Shown here in pieces: positions 40,165-50,796 of a stretch of DNA of 60,769 nt. Every line of letters starts with the position of its first letter. The first letter of the stretch is position 1. The notes below the pieces were generated by a model. The model did not search any database. It was not told where the DNA came from and saw only the letters and a program-made list of their open reading frames with translations. Source of the stretch: Gemmatimonadaceae bacterium (GTDB lineage Bacteria; Gemmatimonadota; Gemmatimonadetes; Gemmatimonadales; Gemmatimonadaceae); assembly GCA_031396245.1 (NCBI GenBank), contig JANNKK010000013.1, positions 1 to 60,769 of the forward strand, read 5' to 3'. The position numbers were made by a program, and so were the translations under genes.

Positions 40165-42840
40165 GTGACTCACCCCCGGGAACGCCTCGTAGCAGCCCTC
40201 GCCGACCGCTACCGCATCGAGCGCGAACTCGGTGCCGGCGGGATGGCGACCGTGTATCTCGCGCACGACGTGAAGCACGACCGCAAGGTCGCGCTCAAGG
40301 TCCTGCGACCCGAACTCTCCGCGATCCTCGGCGCGGAGCGCTTCCTCGCCGAGATCAAGACCACCGCCAATCTCCAGCACCCGCACATCCTCGGCCTCTT
40401 CGACTCGGGCGAAGCAGACGGCAACGTCTTCTACGTGATGCCGTACGTCGAGGGAGAATCACTCCGCGATCGGCTCAAGCGGGACCATCAGTTGCCGGTG
40501 GAGGAGGCGCTGCGGATCGCGCGCGAGGTGGCGGACGCGCTCGAGTACGCGCACCAGCACGGTATCGTCCACCGCGACATCAAGCCCGAGAACATCCTGC
40601 TGCACGGCGGCCACGCCGTCGTCGCCGACTTCGGAATCGCGCTAGCGGCCAGCCGCAGCGAGGGTGGCTCGCGGATGACCGAGACGGGGATGTCGCTCGG
40701 CACGCCGCACTACATGAGTCCCGAGCAGGCGATGGGGGAGCGCGAGATCACCCCCAAGACCGACATCTACGCGCTCGGGTGCGTGCTGTACGAGATGCTG
40801 ACCGCTGAGCCGCCGTTCACCGGAGCGAATGCACAGGCGATCATCGGGCGAGTGCTGACGGAGGAGCCGCGATCGCTCACCGCGCAGCGGCGAACGATTC
40901 CGCCGAATGTCGAAGCGGCGGTGCTGACGGCGATGGCGAAGCTGCCGGCGGACCGGTTCGCGAGTGCGAAGGAGTTCGCCGAGGCACTCGGGAAGAGTGA
41001 CTTCGCGCTGCCGACATCGGCGACGCGCGTGGGCTCGGCCCGAGGGGAGTCGAGCCCGCGGGAAGCGAGAACGTGGCGCCAGCAGGTCGCGCGTGCAGCC
41101 CCGTGGGTGATTGCCCTGGCCGCGATCGCGCTCTTCGCACTGGATCGGTCGCGACCTCCCGCGAAGGTGCCGCCGATCGGGCGCTTCTCGTTGAGTCTGC
41201 AGCCGGAGGTGATCACGGGGCAAGCCTGGCAGGCGATGGCGCTCTCCCCGGACGGGTCACGGCTCGTCTTCGTCGGCGCGACTGCGGGTGGCCCGAGACT
41301 CTTCACGCGACTGCTCGACGCGGTCGAAGCCGTCCCGATCCCCGGGACCGAGAATGGCATCAGCCCGTTCTTCTCGGCGGATGGGCAGAACATCGCCTTC
41401 GTCGCAGCGAACAAGCTGATGAAGGTCGCGGTGGCGGGCGGGCCTGCGCTGGCGATCTGCGATGTGCCGACGCCCTTCTACGGCGGGACGTGGAGTGAGC
41501 AGGGCGCGATCCTCTTCGCCGACGATCGCGGACTCCACGTCGTTCCGGCGGCGGGCGGTCAACCATCCCTCGTCGCGGCACCCGACTCAGGATCACGAAT
41601 TACGTATCGCTGGCCGGAGTTCCTCCCTGGCGGCCGAGCGGCGATCTTCGCAACACTCGACAGCGGCGTGGACCGACTCGCATCGATCACGATGGCGACG
41701 CAAAAGGTCCGAAGGTACGACGTACTGGGCGGGAACCCTCACTATGTCGAGCGGGGTCACATCACGCTCTCGCTCATCGGGTTGGTGGGCTCCGCCGGTG
41801 TCGTGACCGCCGGTACACTGATGTCGGTGCCCTTCGACGCGCGGCGACTCGAGTTGCTCGGGGATGCGGCGCCGATCGCGGGAAACGTGCAGATGGGCCC
41901 CGCGAGCCGAGCCGGCAAGCTCGCAGTCTCGCGGAGCGGGACGATCGCCTATGCGAGCGGGGCGGCCAACTTCTTCTCGCTCGTCGAGATCACGAGGGAC
42001 GGGACCAGACGCGATGCTGGCGCGCCCGAGCGCTACTACGGGACGCTGCGTCTCTCCCCCGACGGGCGGCGGATCGCGCTGTCGGTGACCGAGGCGGGGG
42101 CCACCGACAGCTGGGTCTTCGACCGGACGGCGAAGACGCTCACCCGCGTGACGTTCGATGGCAACGGCAGCCGTCCGATCTGGACACACGACGGCCGTCG
42201 CATCGCCTACTCCCGTGCGGGCGACTCGCAGGACCTCGCGTGGATCCCGTCGGACGGGAGCGCCGCAGCTGAGGCGCTGGTGGGCGGTCCCGACGACCAG
42301 TTCGCCGGCGACTTCACGCCCGACGGTCGTTCCCTCGTGATCCGCGACGGGGGCCAGTCGTCCCGACGCACCATCGCCCTGGTCTCGCTCGACTCGGCGC
42401 GGACCAAGCGCACCTTGGTCGAGAGTGGCTTCCAGAACCACTCGCCGACGCTCTCTCCCGATGGTCGCTGGTTGGCGTACGTCAGCGACGAGACCGGCCG
42501 CACGGAGGTGTACGTGCGTCCGATGCCGGGACCGGGGGGCAAGTGGCAGATCTCGAAGAATGGTGGCTTCGAGCCGCGCTGGTCGGCGAGCGGCGGCGAG
42601 ATCTTCTTCCGGAACGGTGAGTCGATGATGACCGCGAGCGTGAAGGCGGGGTCGACCTTCGCACCCGGTGCGGTTCGTGAACTCTTCAAGGTGAACGCCG
42701 TCTTCGGCCCGAACTTCCCCTCGTACGACGTCACGCGCGACGGCCGGACCTTCCTGATGCTCCTGCCGCCCGCGCGAAGTGGACAGGAGGTGATCATGCT
42801 GCTCAACTGGTTCGACAACCAGCCGACGAGACCGCGGTGA
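40165..42840 (+). CDS. Ser/Thr protein kinase - TM - beta-propeller receptor (copy 8, second kinase subtype), 891 aa
   Basis: Hanks motifs; subtype marks LRPEL and FLAEIKTTANLQ; TM PWVIALAAIALFAL; TAGGTT-N6-GTG upstream. Confidence 0.93.
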   Translation: MTHPRERLVAALADRYRIERELGAGGMATVYLAHDVKHDRKVALKVLRPELSAILGAERFLAEIKTTANLQHPHILGLFDSGEADGNVFYVMPYVEGESLRDRLKRDHQLPVEEALRIAREVADALEYAHQHGIVHRDIKPENILLHGGHAVVADFGIALAASRSEGGSRMTETGMSLGTPHYMSPEQAMGEREITPKTDIYALGCVLYEMLTAEPPFTGANAQAIIGRVLTEEPRSLTAQRRTIPPNVEAAVLTAMAKLPADRFASAKEFAEALGKSDFALPTSATRVGSARGESSPREARTWRQQVARAAPWVIALAAIALFALDRSRPPAKVPPIGRFSLSLQPEVITGQAWQAMALSPDGSRLVFVGATAGGPRLFTRLLDAVEAVPIPGTENGISPFFSADGQNIAFVAANKLMKVAVAGGPALAICDVPTPFYGGTWSEQGAILFADDRGLHVVPAAGGQPSLVAAPDSGSRITYRWPEFLPGGRAAIFATLDSGVDRLASITMATQKVRRYDVLGGNPHYVERGHITLSLIGLVGSAGVVTAGTLMSVPFDARRLELLGDAAPIAGNVQMGPASRAGKLAVSRSGTIAYASGAANFFSLVEITRDGTRRDAGAPERYYGTLRLSPDGRRIALSVTEAGATDSWVFDRTAKTLTRVTFDGNGSRPIWTHDGRRIAYSRAGDSQDLAWIPSDGSAAAEALVGGPDDQFAGDFTPDGRSLVIRDGGQSSRRTIALVSLDSARTKRTLVESGFQNHSPTLSPDGRWLAYVSDETGRTEVYVRPMPGPGGKWQISKNGGFEPRWSASGGEIFFRNGESMMTASVKAGSTFAPGAVRELFKVNAVFGPNFPSYDVTRDGRTFLMLLPPARSGQEVIMLLNWFDNQPTRPR

Positions 42841-45515
42841 GCGAGATCGCGGAACGCCTCGTCGCTGCCCTCGCCGACCGCTATCGCATCGAACGCGAGC
42901 TCGGTGCGGGCGGGATGGCGACTGTCTATCTCGCTCATGACTTGAAACACGATCGCAAGGTCGCGCTCAAGGTGCTGCGCCCCGAGCTCGCCGCGGTGAT
43001 CGGCGCCGAGCGGTTCTTGAGCGAGATCAAGACCACGGCGAACCTGCAGCATCCGCACATCCTCCCGCTCTTCGATTCGGGGAGCGCGGACTCGTTCCTC
43101 TACTACGTGATGCCGTACGTCGAGGGCGAGACGCTGCGCGGCAAGCTCCAGCGCGAACGGCAGCTCGGCGTCGACGAGTCGGTCCGCCTGATCCGCGACG
43201 TGGCCGACGCGCTCGACTACGCGCATCGACACGGCGTGATCCACCGCGACATCAAGCCCGAGAACATCCTCGTGCACGATGGGCGGCCGGTGGTGGCGGA
43301 CTTCGGCATCGCGCTCGCGGTGAGCGCGGCGGGGAAGGGGCGGATGACCGAGACGGGCCTCTCGCTCGGCACTCCGCACTACATGAGCCCCGAGCAGGCG
43401 ACGGCCGATCGCGATCTCTCGGCACGGAGCGACATCTACAGTCTCGCCTGCGTGCTCTACGAGATGCTCGCCGGCGACCCGCCGCACACCGGGCCGTCGC
43501 CGCAGGCGATCCTGATGCGGATCCTCACCGACACGCCGCGGCTGGTGAGTGAGACGCGCTCCACCGTGCCACCGCACGTGGTGGCGGCGCTCGCGAAGGC
43601 GCTCGAGAAGCTCCCTGCCGACCGCTTCGAGAGCGCGAAGGCCTTCGGCGAGGCGCTCGTCACGGAAGGCTTCACCTACAGCACGCGCGCGACGATGCGT
43701 GGCGTGCAGCCGGTCGCGCTCCCGCCAGCCGCGAGCGGTTCGAGGGGCGGGCGACGCGCGGCGATCGCCGGCTGGTCGGTGGCAGTGTTCGCCATCGTGG
43801 CGGCCGCGTACGGATGGACGCGTCCAACGCCGACGCTGCCGCTGACGCGGCTGGACCTCTCGACCGGCGCGGTCACCCCGGCCGACGGGTCCGACGTCGC
43901 CGTGTCCCCCAACGGGAAGATGATCGCCTTTGGAGGGACACTCGGCACCGAGCAGGCGATCTTCCTGCGCCACCTCGACGGCGAGGCCGATTTCCGAAAG
44001 GTCCCCGGCACCGAGACTGGGATGTACCCGGCCTTCTCGCCCGACAACCAGTGGATCGTCTTTCGGCGCGTGAGCGACCGGTCGCTCGTGAAGGTCTCCG
44101 TCTCAGGCGGAGGTGTGACGACGATCGTTCCCGCCGGAGCGATCGATCCCTACATGCCCCACTGGGGCACGGCGAACGAAATCGTCTTCAGCGGACCGAC
44201 GGGCCTGCATCGCGTCGCCGCTTCCGGTGGCGCCCCTGTTCCATTGCCGAAGGTCGGAGGGACGACGCCCTTCCTGCTGCCCGATGGCTCCGGCGTGCTC
44301 AGCGGCCAGGGCAACAACCTGTCGCTCTACGACTTCGCCTCCGACTCGGCGTACCTCCTCGTCCCGAATGCGCGCCACGCGGTCTACGTCGAGACAGGAC
44401 ATCTGCTCTACATCGCCGAGGACGCCGGTCTCTTCGCTGTGACGGCCGACATCGGCAAGCGTCGCGTCAGCGGCGCGCCCGTCCGGGTGCTCGACCGGGT
44501 CGCGGCCGCGCCACTCGCCCGTGGGTATTCGCTGTCGCGGAACGGCGTGCTCGTCCACCACGAAGGGGTGGGGACCGGAGGGATCATCGGCGGGACCAAT
44601 CGACTCCTGATCATCGATCCTGCGGGCGGCACCGACACGCTGCGGCTTCCGGCGGCGCGTCGACAGCAGCCACGCTTCTCGCCCGATGGGCGCTCGGTCG
44701 CCTTCGAGACCTTCTCGACGGTCCGCAATGGAGAGACCGACCTCTTCACGTTCGATCTGGTCAGCGGCACACACACGCAGATCACGTTCGATGGCGACAA
44801 CGACCGCCCGATCTGGTCCCCGGACGGGAAGCAGATCCTCTTCAACAAGAGCGTGACGGGGTCCGGCGAGGACCTCTTCGTCAAGCCGGCCGACAACAGC
44901 GGTCCGGAAAGGGCGCTGCTGACGCAGCCCGCGAACCAACAGCCCTCAGCCTGGCTCCAGGACGGGACGATCACTTTCTTCTCCGGGACCGGCGGCAGCA
45001 GCGACCTTTTCACGATGTCGGTCGCGGACAGTGGGAAGGCGAAGGCCTACCTCACGGCGCCGTGGAATGAGATCGACCTTCAGGTGTCATCGGACGGGAA
45101 GCTCGCTGCGTTCGCCGCGTCCGAGTCTGGCGGCGAGGAGATCTGGATCCGCGACTTCCCGGTGCCGCAGGGGAAGTGGAAGGTTTCGCCGCACGGAGGA
45201 ACCGCGCCGCGCTGGGCCCCGGACGGACGCGCCGTCTACTTCTGGCGAGCGGGCGTTCCGCTGGACTCGCTCTTCCGGGCGCGGATCGACAGGTCCCCGA
45301 ACGTCATCGTGCACGCACCCGAAGTGGTGGCGACGCTCGACGCGAGCGGGATCCAGAACTGGGACCTGCATCCGGACGGGAAGCGGTTCATCGTCGCTGT
45401 GACGGAGGGGGCCGCCCCAGCGTCCGCCACCGGTGCGGCCGCGCCCGTCACCGACCGGTACCTCGTCATCCAGAACTGGTTCAGCGAGCTCAAGCGGCTG
45501 GCGCCGAAGCCTTGA
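42837..45515 (+). CDS. Ser/Thr protein kinase - TM - beta-propeller receptor (copy 9, second kinase subtype), 892 aa
   Basis: GTGA overlap; LRPEL and FLSEIKTTANLQ; TM AIAGWSVAVFAIVAAAYGW. Confidence 0.93.
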   Translation: MSEIAERLVAALADRYRIERELGAGGMATVYLAHDLKHDRKVALKVLRPELAAVIGAERFLSEIKTTANLQHPHILPLFDSGSADSFLYYVMPYVEGETLRGKLQRERQLGVDESVRLIRDVADALDYAHRHGVIHRDIKPENILVHDGRPVVADFGIALAVSAAGKGRMTETGLSLGTPHYMSPEQATADRDLSARSDIYSLACVLYEMLAGDPPHTGPSPQAILMRILTDTPRLVSETRSTVPPHVVAALAKALEKLPADRFESAKAFGEALVTEGFTYSTRATMRGVQPVALPPAASGSRGGRRAAIAGWSVAVFAIVAAAYGWTRPTPTLPLTRLDLSTGAVTPADGSDVAVSPNGKMIAFGGTLGTEQAIFLRHLDGEADFRKVPGTETGMYPAFSPDNQWIVFRRVSDRSLVKVSVSGGGVTTIVPAGAIDPYMPHWGTANEIVFSGPTGLHRVAASGGAPVPLPKVGGTTPFLLPDGSGVLSGQGNNLSLYDFASDSAYLLVPNARHAVYVETGHLLYIAEDAGLFAVTADIGKRRVSGAPVRVLDRVAAAPLARGYSLSRNGVLVHHEGVGTGGIIGGTNRLLIIDPAGGTDTLRLPAARRQQPRFSPDGRSVAFETFSTVRNGETDLFTFDLVSGTHTQITFDGDNDRPIWSPDGKQILFNKSVTGSGEDLFVKPADNSGPERALLTQPANQQPSAWLQDGTITFFSGTGGSSDLFTMSVADSGKAKAYLTAPWNEIDLQVSSDGKLAAFAASESGGEEIWIRDFPVPQGKWKVSPHGGTAPRWAPDGRAVYFWRAGVPLDSLFRARIDRSPNVIVHAPEVVATLDASGIQNWDLHPDGKRFIVAVTEGAAPASATGAAAPVTDRYLVIQNWFSELKRLAPKP

Positions 45516-48223
45516 GCGCGATCACCGAACGGCTCTCGACCGCGCTCGCCGACCGCTACCGCATCGAGCGACATCTCGGTGCCGGCGGCATGGCGACCGT
45601 CTACCTCGCCGAGGACCTGAAGCACAAGCGCAAGGTCGCGGTCAAGGTCCTGAAGCCGGAACTCGCGGCGGTGCTCGGCGCCGAGCGGTTCGTGCAGGAG
45701 ATCACGACGACAGCGTCGCTCTCGCATCCGCACATCTTACCCCTGTTCGATTCGGGCACCGCGGACGGGTTCCTCGTCTACGTCATGCCCTTCATCGAGG
45801 GTGAGTCGCTCCGCGACAAGCTGAACCGCGAGACGCAGCTCGGCGTGGACGAGGCGGTGAAGATCGCGACCGAAGTGGCGGACGCCCTGGACTACGCGCA
45901 CCGCCACGGCGTGATCCACCGGGACATCAAACCGGAGAACATCCTCCTGCACGATGGCCGCCCGATGGTCGCCGACTTCGGTATCGCCCTGGCCGTCTCG
46001 GCCGCGGCGGGTGGTCGGATGACAGAAACGGGCCTAAGTCTCGGGACGCCGCACTATATGTCGCCCGAGCAGGCGACCGCCGAGAAGGAGATCACGGCGC
46101 GGTCCGACGTGTACTCGCTCGCGTCAGTGCTCTACGAGATGCTGGCTGGCGAGCCACCGCACAGTGGGGGCTCGGCGCAGGCGATCATCATGAAGATCAT
46201 CGCCGAGCCGGCGCAGATGGTGACGAAACTCCGGAAGTCGGTGCCGCCGAACGTCGCGAGCGCTCTGGCAAAGGCGCTTGAGAAAGTGCCGGCGGATCGC
46301 TTCGCGAGTGCGAAGGACTTCGCGGACGCGCTCGCGAACCGGGCCTTCCGGATCGAGGTGACTCCAGCGCACGCGGGCGCGATCCTTGGCGGAACGGGGG
46401 TGGTCTCTCGCGGCGCGTTCGCGGGAGTGGCCATCGTCGCACTGTTCGCCATCGCGGCGGCGGCCTGGGGATGGATGCGTCCGCCCCCTGTGACTGCCCC
46501 GGCTCGGTATCAGCTGTCATTGTTCGATCGGGGATCCGGCGCGGGTCCGGACTTTCGAAGCGTCGCGCTGTCACCGGACGGCCGTTCCATCGCGTTCGCG
46601 CAAGTCAGCGGAGGTGAGCCAATGGTGTGGCTCAAGACGACCGAGCGGGCGACCGCGGAGCCGCTGGCCGGAACGGGGGGTGGCCGGTCGCCGACATTCT
46701 CGACCGATGGCGAGTGGATCGCCTTCGTCGCCGGTGGCCGCGTACGGAAAGTTCGCCGCAGTGGTGGTGACGTCCTGACGATCGCCGATGGCGCACCCTC
46801 GGGGAATGCCCAGCTCGCCTGGCTCGACGACGGGACCGTGCTGTTCAGCGGACCGCAGTCCGGGCTGATGGCCGTGAATGAAGATGGCGGTCCGGTGCGG
46901 ACGGTGATCCCGCGAGACTCGCTTCCCAACAACGTCTTTGACATCGCTGCCGTGCCCGGAAGTCGCACCGCACTGCTCGTCACCTGCGCCTCCAACTGCG
47001 TAGAAGCCCAACTCTGGGCGGTCGACCTCGCCACGGGGAGGCGCGAAGACCTTGGATCACGCGCTCACAGAGTCTGGCACCTGGATGGCGGCGTCGTCGT
47101 CCTCGCCGACCAGCGGGCCGGGAGCGTCCTCGCCGCACTGTTCGACGAACGACGCCTGGCCTTCCGCGCGCCGCCGACCCCCGTCCTCGAAGGCGTCCAG
47201 CGAGCCGGGGGTGAGAATATCGCGGTCGCTGTGTCGGATAACGGGACCTTGCTCTTCGCACCAGCTCGCGAGTCGGGTCGTGCCCACGCCGTCTGGATCA
47301 GCAGGGACGGAACGGTCGCGTCGGTGGACTCCGCGTGGTCCTTCGCGAATGCTCGCGGAGCGGCGCTCTCTCCCGACGGCAATCGTCTGGCCATCGCCAT
47401 CTCCTCCGGGGATGCGAGCGACCTCTGGCTCCGGGACCTCGTCCCAAATGGCGGCGTGACCCGGCTGACGTTCGACGGGAGGGCGCGGATCCCTCAATGG
47501 TCAGCCGACGGCGCGTCGGTATTCTACGTCGAAGTGCCGGCCAAGTTCGGCGGTGGGTTCGAGGTCAAGCGACGTCGGATCGACGGGTCGGATTCGGCGC
47601 AGACGGTGCTGCGGAGCGTGCGCGACATCTCCGAGTTCGTGCTGCTGCGCGACACCACGCGACTCCTGGTGCGGTACGGGGCGCCGCCGACGCGGGACAT
47701 CTATCTCGCGCGCCGCGCCGGCGATGCCGCCGCCGATTCCTTCGTGCCGCTCCTCGCCAGCGACCGGAGCGAGGAAGTCGCGATCAGCCTTTCTCCTGAC
47801 GGGAAGTGGCTGGCGTACGCGTCCACTGAGTCAGAGCGCTGGGAGGTGTACGTCGTGCCTTTCCCGGCCGTGACCACCGGTCGATGGCAAGTCTCACTCG
47901 AGGGCGGCCGATCCCCGCGCTGGGCCCGGAGCGGCCGGGAGCTCTTCTTCCGTGACCTGAACGATGGACTCCTCGCCGTGCCGGTGACGTTCACGACGAG
48001 CCCGGTGTTCGGGCCTCGCCGACGGCTCTTCCGACTTGAGGGCCTCGCCCTCGCGCCGCACTCGACCAGTCCGATGCTGGTGCAGTTCGACGTGAGTCCC
48101 GACGATCGCCGATTCCTGTTCATGTCCGCGTTGGACCGGGAGCAGGAGTCGGCCAGTGCCGGCGCGGTGCTCGTGCAGAACTGGCTCGCCGAGGTCAAAC
48201 AGCGGATGAAGGGGACGCGATGA
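45512..48223 (+). CDS. Ser/Thr protein kinase - TM - beta-propeller receptor (copy 10), 903 aa
   Basis: Start revised from 45176 to TTG 45512 (TTGA overlap; SAITERLSTALADRY). Hanks motifs intact. Confidence 0.92.
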   Translation: MSAITERLSTALADRYRIERHLGAGGMATVYLAEDLKHKRKVAVKVLKPELAAVLGAERFVQEITTTASLSHPHILPLFDSGTADGFLVYVMPFIEGESLRDKLNRETQLGVDEAVKIATEVADALDYAHRHGVIHRDIKPENILLHDGRPMVADFGIALAVSAAAGGRMTETGLSLGTPHYMSPEQATAEKEITARSDVYSLASVLYEMLAGEPPHSGGSAQAIIMKIIAEPAQMVTKLRKSVPPNVASALAKALEKVPADRFASAKDFADALANRAFRIEVTPAHAGAILGGTGVVSRGAFAGVAIVALFAIAAAAWGWMRPPPVTAPARYQLSLFDRGSGAGPDFRSVALSPDGRSIAFAQVSGGEPMVWLKTTERATAEPLAGTGGGRSPTFSTDGEWIAFVAGGRVRKVRRSGGDVLTIADGAPSGNAQLAWLDDGTVLFSGPQSGLMAVNEDGGPVRTVIPRDSLPNNVFDIAAVPGSRTALLVTCASNCVEAQLWAVDLATGRREDLGSRAHRVWHLDGGVVVLADQRAGSVLAALFDERRLAFRAPPTPVLEGVQRAGGENIAVAVSDNGTLLFAPARESGRAHAVWISRDGTVASVDSAWSFANARGAALSPDGNRLAIAISSGDASDLWLRDLVPNGGVTRLTFDGRARIPQWSADGASVFYVEVPAKFGGGFEVKRRRIDGSDSAQTVLRSVRDISEFVLLRDTTRLLVRYGAPPTRDIYLARRAGDAAADSFVPLLASDRSEEVAISLSPDGKWLAYASTESERWEVYVVPFPAVTTGRWQVSLEGGRSPRWARSGRELFFRDLNDGLLAVPVTFTTSPVFGPRRRLFRLEGLALAPHSTSPMLVQFDVSPDDRRFLFMSALDREQESASAGAVLVQNWLAEVKQRMKGTR

Positions 48224-48857
48224 GCTCGGCGAGCAACACCTTCGCGAACCCGATCTCGTCGTCGTTCACGAGGTGCCCCATCCCCTCGTAGATGCGGCAA
48301 GTGACCTCCGCTCCCATCTGCTCGAAGTGCGCGGCACTCTCCCGCACCCGCGGCTCGGGGATGTGCGGGTCGCGGTCGCTGCAGCCGAGGAAGACCGGCG
48401 TGCCCTCGAAACTCCCGTCGGCGCTCCACACGGTGCCCGGCGGGCCGATGAGTCCGCCCGAGAAGACGAGCACGCCGCCATAGCGCGCCGGCCGTCGCTG
48501 GGCCGCCGTGCTCGCGAGACACGCCCCTTGCGAGAACCCCAGCAGGACGATCCGCTCGGTCGGGACCCCGGCGGCGACGACCTCGTCGATCAGCGCGTGG
48601 ATGACGCTGATGCCCGATGTGATCCCGGGCTCGTTCTGCGCGATCGGTGAGAGGAAGCTGAGCGGATACCAGGTGCCGCCGCTCGCTCCGGGCGCGAGGA
48701 ACGCGACGCCGGGCGTCGCAAGCATCGGCGCGAGGCTCAAGATGTCACGCGGCCCTGCACCGCGACCGTGCACCGCGATCACTACCGCGCGCGCCTGCGC
48801 GAGAGGCGCCCCCGCAGCAACCACGGGCTCCCCGGCGTGCGGAGGGAGCGCGCCCAT
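48195..48857 (-). CDS. Phospholipase/carboxylesterase (alpha/beta hydrolase), 220 aa
   Basis: VHGRG, GFSQG nucleophile elbow, DPHIP, GMGH; commonly paired with ring-cleaving dioxygenases. Confidence 0.88.
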   Translation of the reverse strand: MGALPPHAGEPVVAAGAPLAQARAVVIAVHGRGAGPRDILSLAPMLATPGVAFLAPGASGGTWYPLSFLSPIAQNEPGITSGISVIHALIDEVVAAGVPTERIVLLGFSQGACLASTAAQRRPARYGGVLVFSGGLIGPPGTVWSADGSFEGTPVFLGCSDRDPHIPEPRVRESAAHFEQMGAEVTCRIYEGMGHLVNDDEIGFAKVLLAELIASPSSAV

Positions 48858-49798
48858 CAGTACGTCACCGCCGGCAGGACCGACGCGATCTTCGCGCGAC
48901 GATGCTCCTCCCAGGGCGGGAGCTTCAGGTCGCGGCCGAGCGACGCGAGCGGTTCGTCCACCGCGAATCCCGGCGGCAGCGTCGCGATCTCGAAGAGCAC
49001 GCCATTCGGCTCGCGGAAGTAGATCGACGTGAAGTACTGACGGTCCATCACGTCAGTGACGTTGAGGCCGCGCGCACGGAGCTCCTTCTGCATCCGGAGT
49101 TGGTCATCCGCCGTGGCGACGGCGAAGGCGACGTGGTGTACGGTCCCGAGCCCGTTGACCGCGGGGTCGGCGTCGCCGGCGTTCACGACCTCGACGATCC
49201 GGCCGGGCGCAGCGTCGCCCATCGCGTACCGCGTGATCCCCTCAGCCTCGCCCGCCAGTGAGGCGTCCATCATCCGCGTGAGCAACGCGCCGCTCACCGC
49301 CGGCTGCCGCACGTGCATCGCCACGCTATGGATGCCGCGGATCGCGTGCGCGGTGCTGATGTCGGGGCGCGTCCAGGGCTCGCGTACGTCCGCGTCGACA
49401 CCGACGATCCGGATGTGCAGCCCCGAGGGATCGTCGAAGTGGAGCGCGTCCTCGCCGAACGGCGTCGGATCGCCGCTGTAGCGCACGCCTGCGGCACCCA
49501 GTCGCGCGCGCCAGAAGTCCATCGCCGCCGCCGGTGCGCTGAACGAGGTCACGTCGATCTGCCCTGCGCCATTGCTCCCGATCCGCACGCCCATCCCCGC
49601 GTAGGGGAAGGTTGTCATGATCGTCCCCGGTTCCCCTGCTTCGTTCCCGTAGTAGAAGTGGTAGACGCCGGGGTTGTCGAAGTTGACAGTCTTCTTGACG
49701 AGGCGCTGGCCGAGGAGCCCGACGTAGAAGTCGAGGTCCGCCTGCGCGTCGCTGACGGTCGCCGTGACGTGGTGCAGTCCCTGCACGAGACTATTCAT
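48857..49798 (-). CDS. VOC/glyoxalase-family ring-cleaving dioxygenase (MhqO/PcpA/LinE-like), 313 aa
   Basis: Start revised to ATG 49798; GLHHVTA, LVKKTVNFD..YHFYYG, GTVHHVAF, DRQYFTSIYFREPNGVLFEIAT. Confidence 0.9.
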   Translation of the reverse strand: MNSLVQGLHHVTATVSDAQADLDFYVGLLGQRLVKKTVNFDNPGVYHFYYGNEAGEPGTIMTTFPYAGMGVRIGSNGAGQIDVTSFSAPAAAMDFWRARLGAAGVRYSGDPTPFGEDALHFDDPSGLHIRIVGVDADVREPWTRPDISTAHAIRGIHSVAMHVRQPAVSGALLTRMMDASLAGEAEGITRYAMGDAAPGRIVEVVNAGDADPAVNGLGTVHHVAFAVATADDQLRMQKELRARGLNVTDVMDRQYFTSIYFREPNGVLFEIATLPPGFAVDEPLASLGRDLKLPPWEEHRRAKIASVLPAVTY

Positions 49799-50796
49799 CG
49801 GGGGCGCGGCTCCCCCAGCCTCGCCTCGTGCCGCACATACTCCGCTGCCTCGCCGTGCGTGGCCCACCAGACGGTGCGAGGGTCCTTCGACTTGATGTGC
49901 GCGATGACGAGCTCCAGCGCGACGAGCCGCGACCGGTGGCCGATCACGTGCGGGTGCATCGTGAGTACGAACATCGACCCTTCATCGTACGCCTTGTCGA
50001 ACTCATCGATCCAGACCTTGGCGACGTCGCGAGGGTTCATATACCGCTCGCCGCGAGGGTCGAAGAGCGGCGCATCGTCGAGGATCCACTCCACCGGGAG
50101 TTCGACGAGTCCGGTGGGGCGACCCTCCTGCAGCAACTCGTAGGGAGCGTCGTCGGCCATCAGCGAACTCTCATAGCGGAAGCCCAAGTCGCGGAGGATC
50201 GTGAGGGTGTTCGGACTGAAGTTCCAGCTCGGCGCGCGATATCCGGTGGGGCGGGTGCCGGTCAGCTGCGTGAGCTCACCTACGGCGCGCACGAGGAGCA
50301 TTCGCTCGATCGAGTCGGGAAGCGTCACGTTGAGCTCGTGGATCCACCCGTGCACGCCGAACTCGTGGCGTCCGCTTGCCTTGATCCAGGTCGCCATCTC
50401 GGGGGTGATCGCGAGACTCACCGAGGGGATGAAGAAGGTCGCCGGGATCCGCTGCGTGTCGAGCAGGCGCAGAATCCGCGGCAGTCCGACCCGGGCGCCG
50501 TACTGCATCTGCGAGAGCGAACCGACGGTCGGCTCCCCGTAGCGGATCGCGATCGTTTCGTTATCCACATCGAAGGAGAGGAGTACCGCGACGCGGGCCG
50601 CGTCAGGCCAGGCCTTGGGCTGGAGCGATCGGCCGGCGCGGACGGCGTGCACCACCGTCCTCACGCTGTCCATGGTCCATTGCCAACCGGGCTTGGCGTT
50701 GGTGACGGGTACCGGCTGCGCTTGCGCTCCGATGCGGGTGGTGCCCGCGACGCAGAGGGTCGCCGCAAGGACAGCGAATGAGGTGCGACGGGGCAT
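49795..50796 (-). CDS. Exported CE4 polysaccharide deacetylase (PuuE/HpPgdA-like), 333 aa
   Basis: Start revised to ATG 50796; signal peptide; SFDVD, HGWIHE, GYRAP, LTMHP. Confidence 0.85.
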   Translation of the reverse strand: MPRRTSFAVLAATLCVAGTTRIGAQAQPVPVTNAKPGWQWTMDSVRTVVHAVRAGRSLQPKAWPDAARVAVLLSFDVDNETIAIRYGEPTVGSLSQMQYGARVGLPRILRLLDTQRIPATFFIPSVSLAITPEMATWIKASGRHEFGVHGWIHELNVTLPDSIERMLLVRAVGELTQLTGTRPTGYRAPSWNFSPNTLTILRDLGFRYESSLMADDAPYELLQEGRPTGLVELPVEWILDDAPLFDPRGERYMNPRDVAKVWIDEFDKAYDEGSMFVLTMHPHVIGHRSRLVALELVIAHIKSKDPRTVWWATHGEAAEYVRHEARLGEPRPR

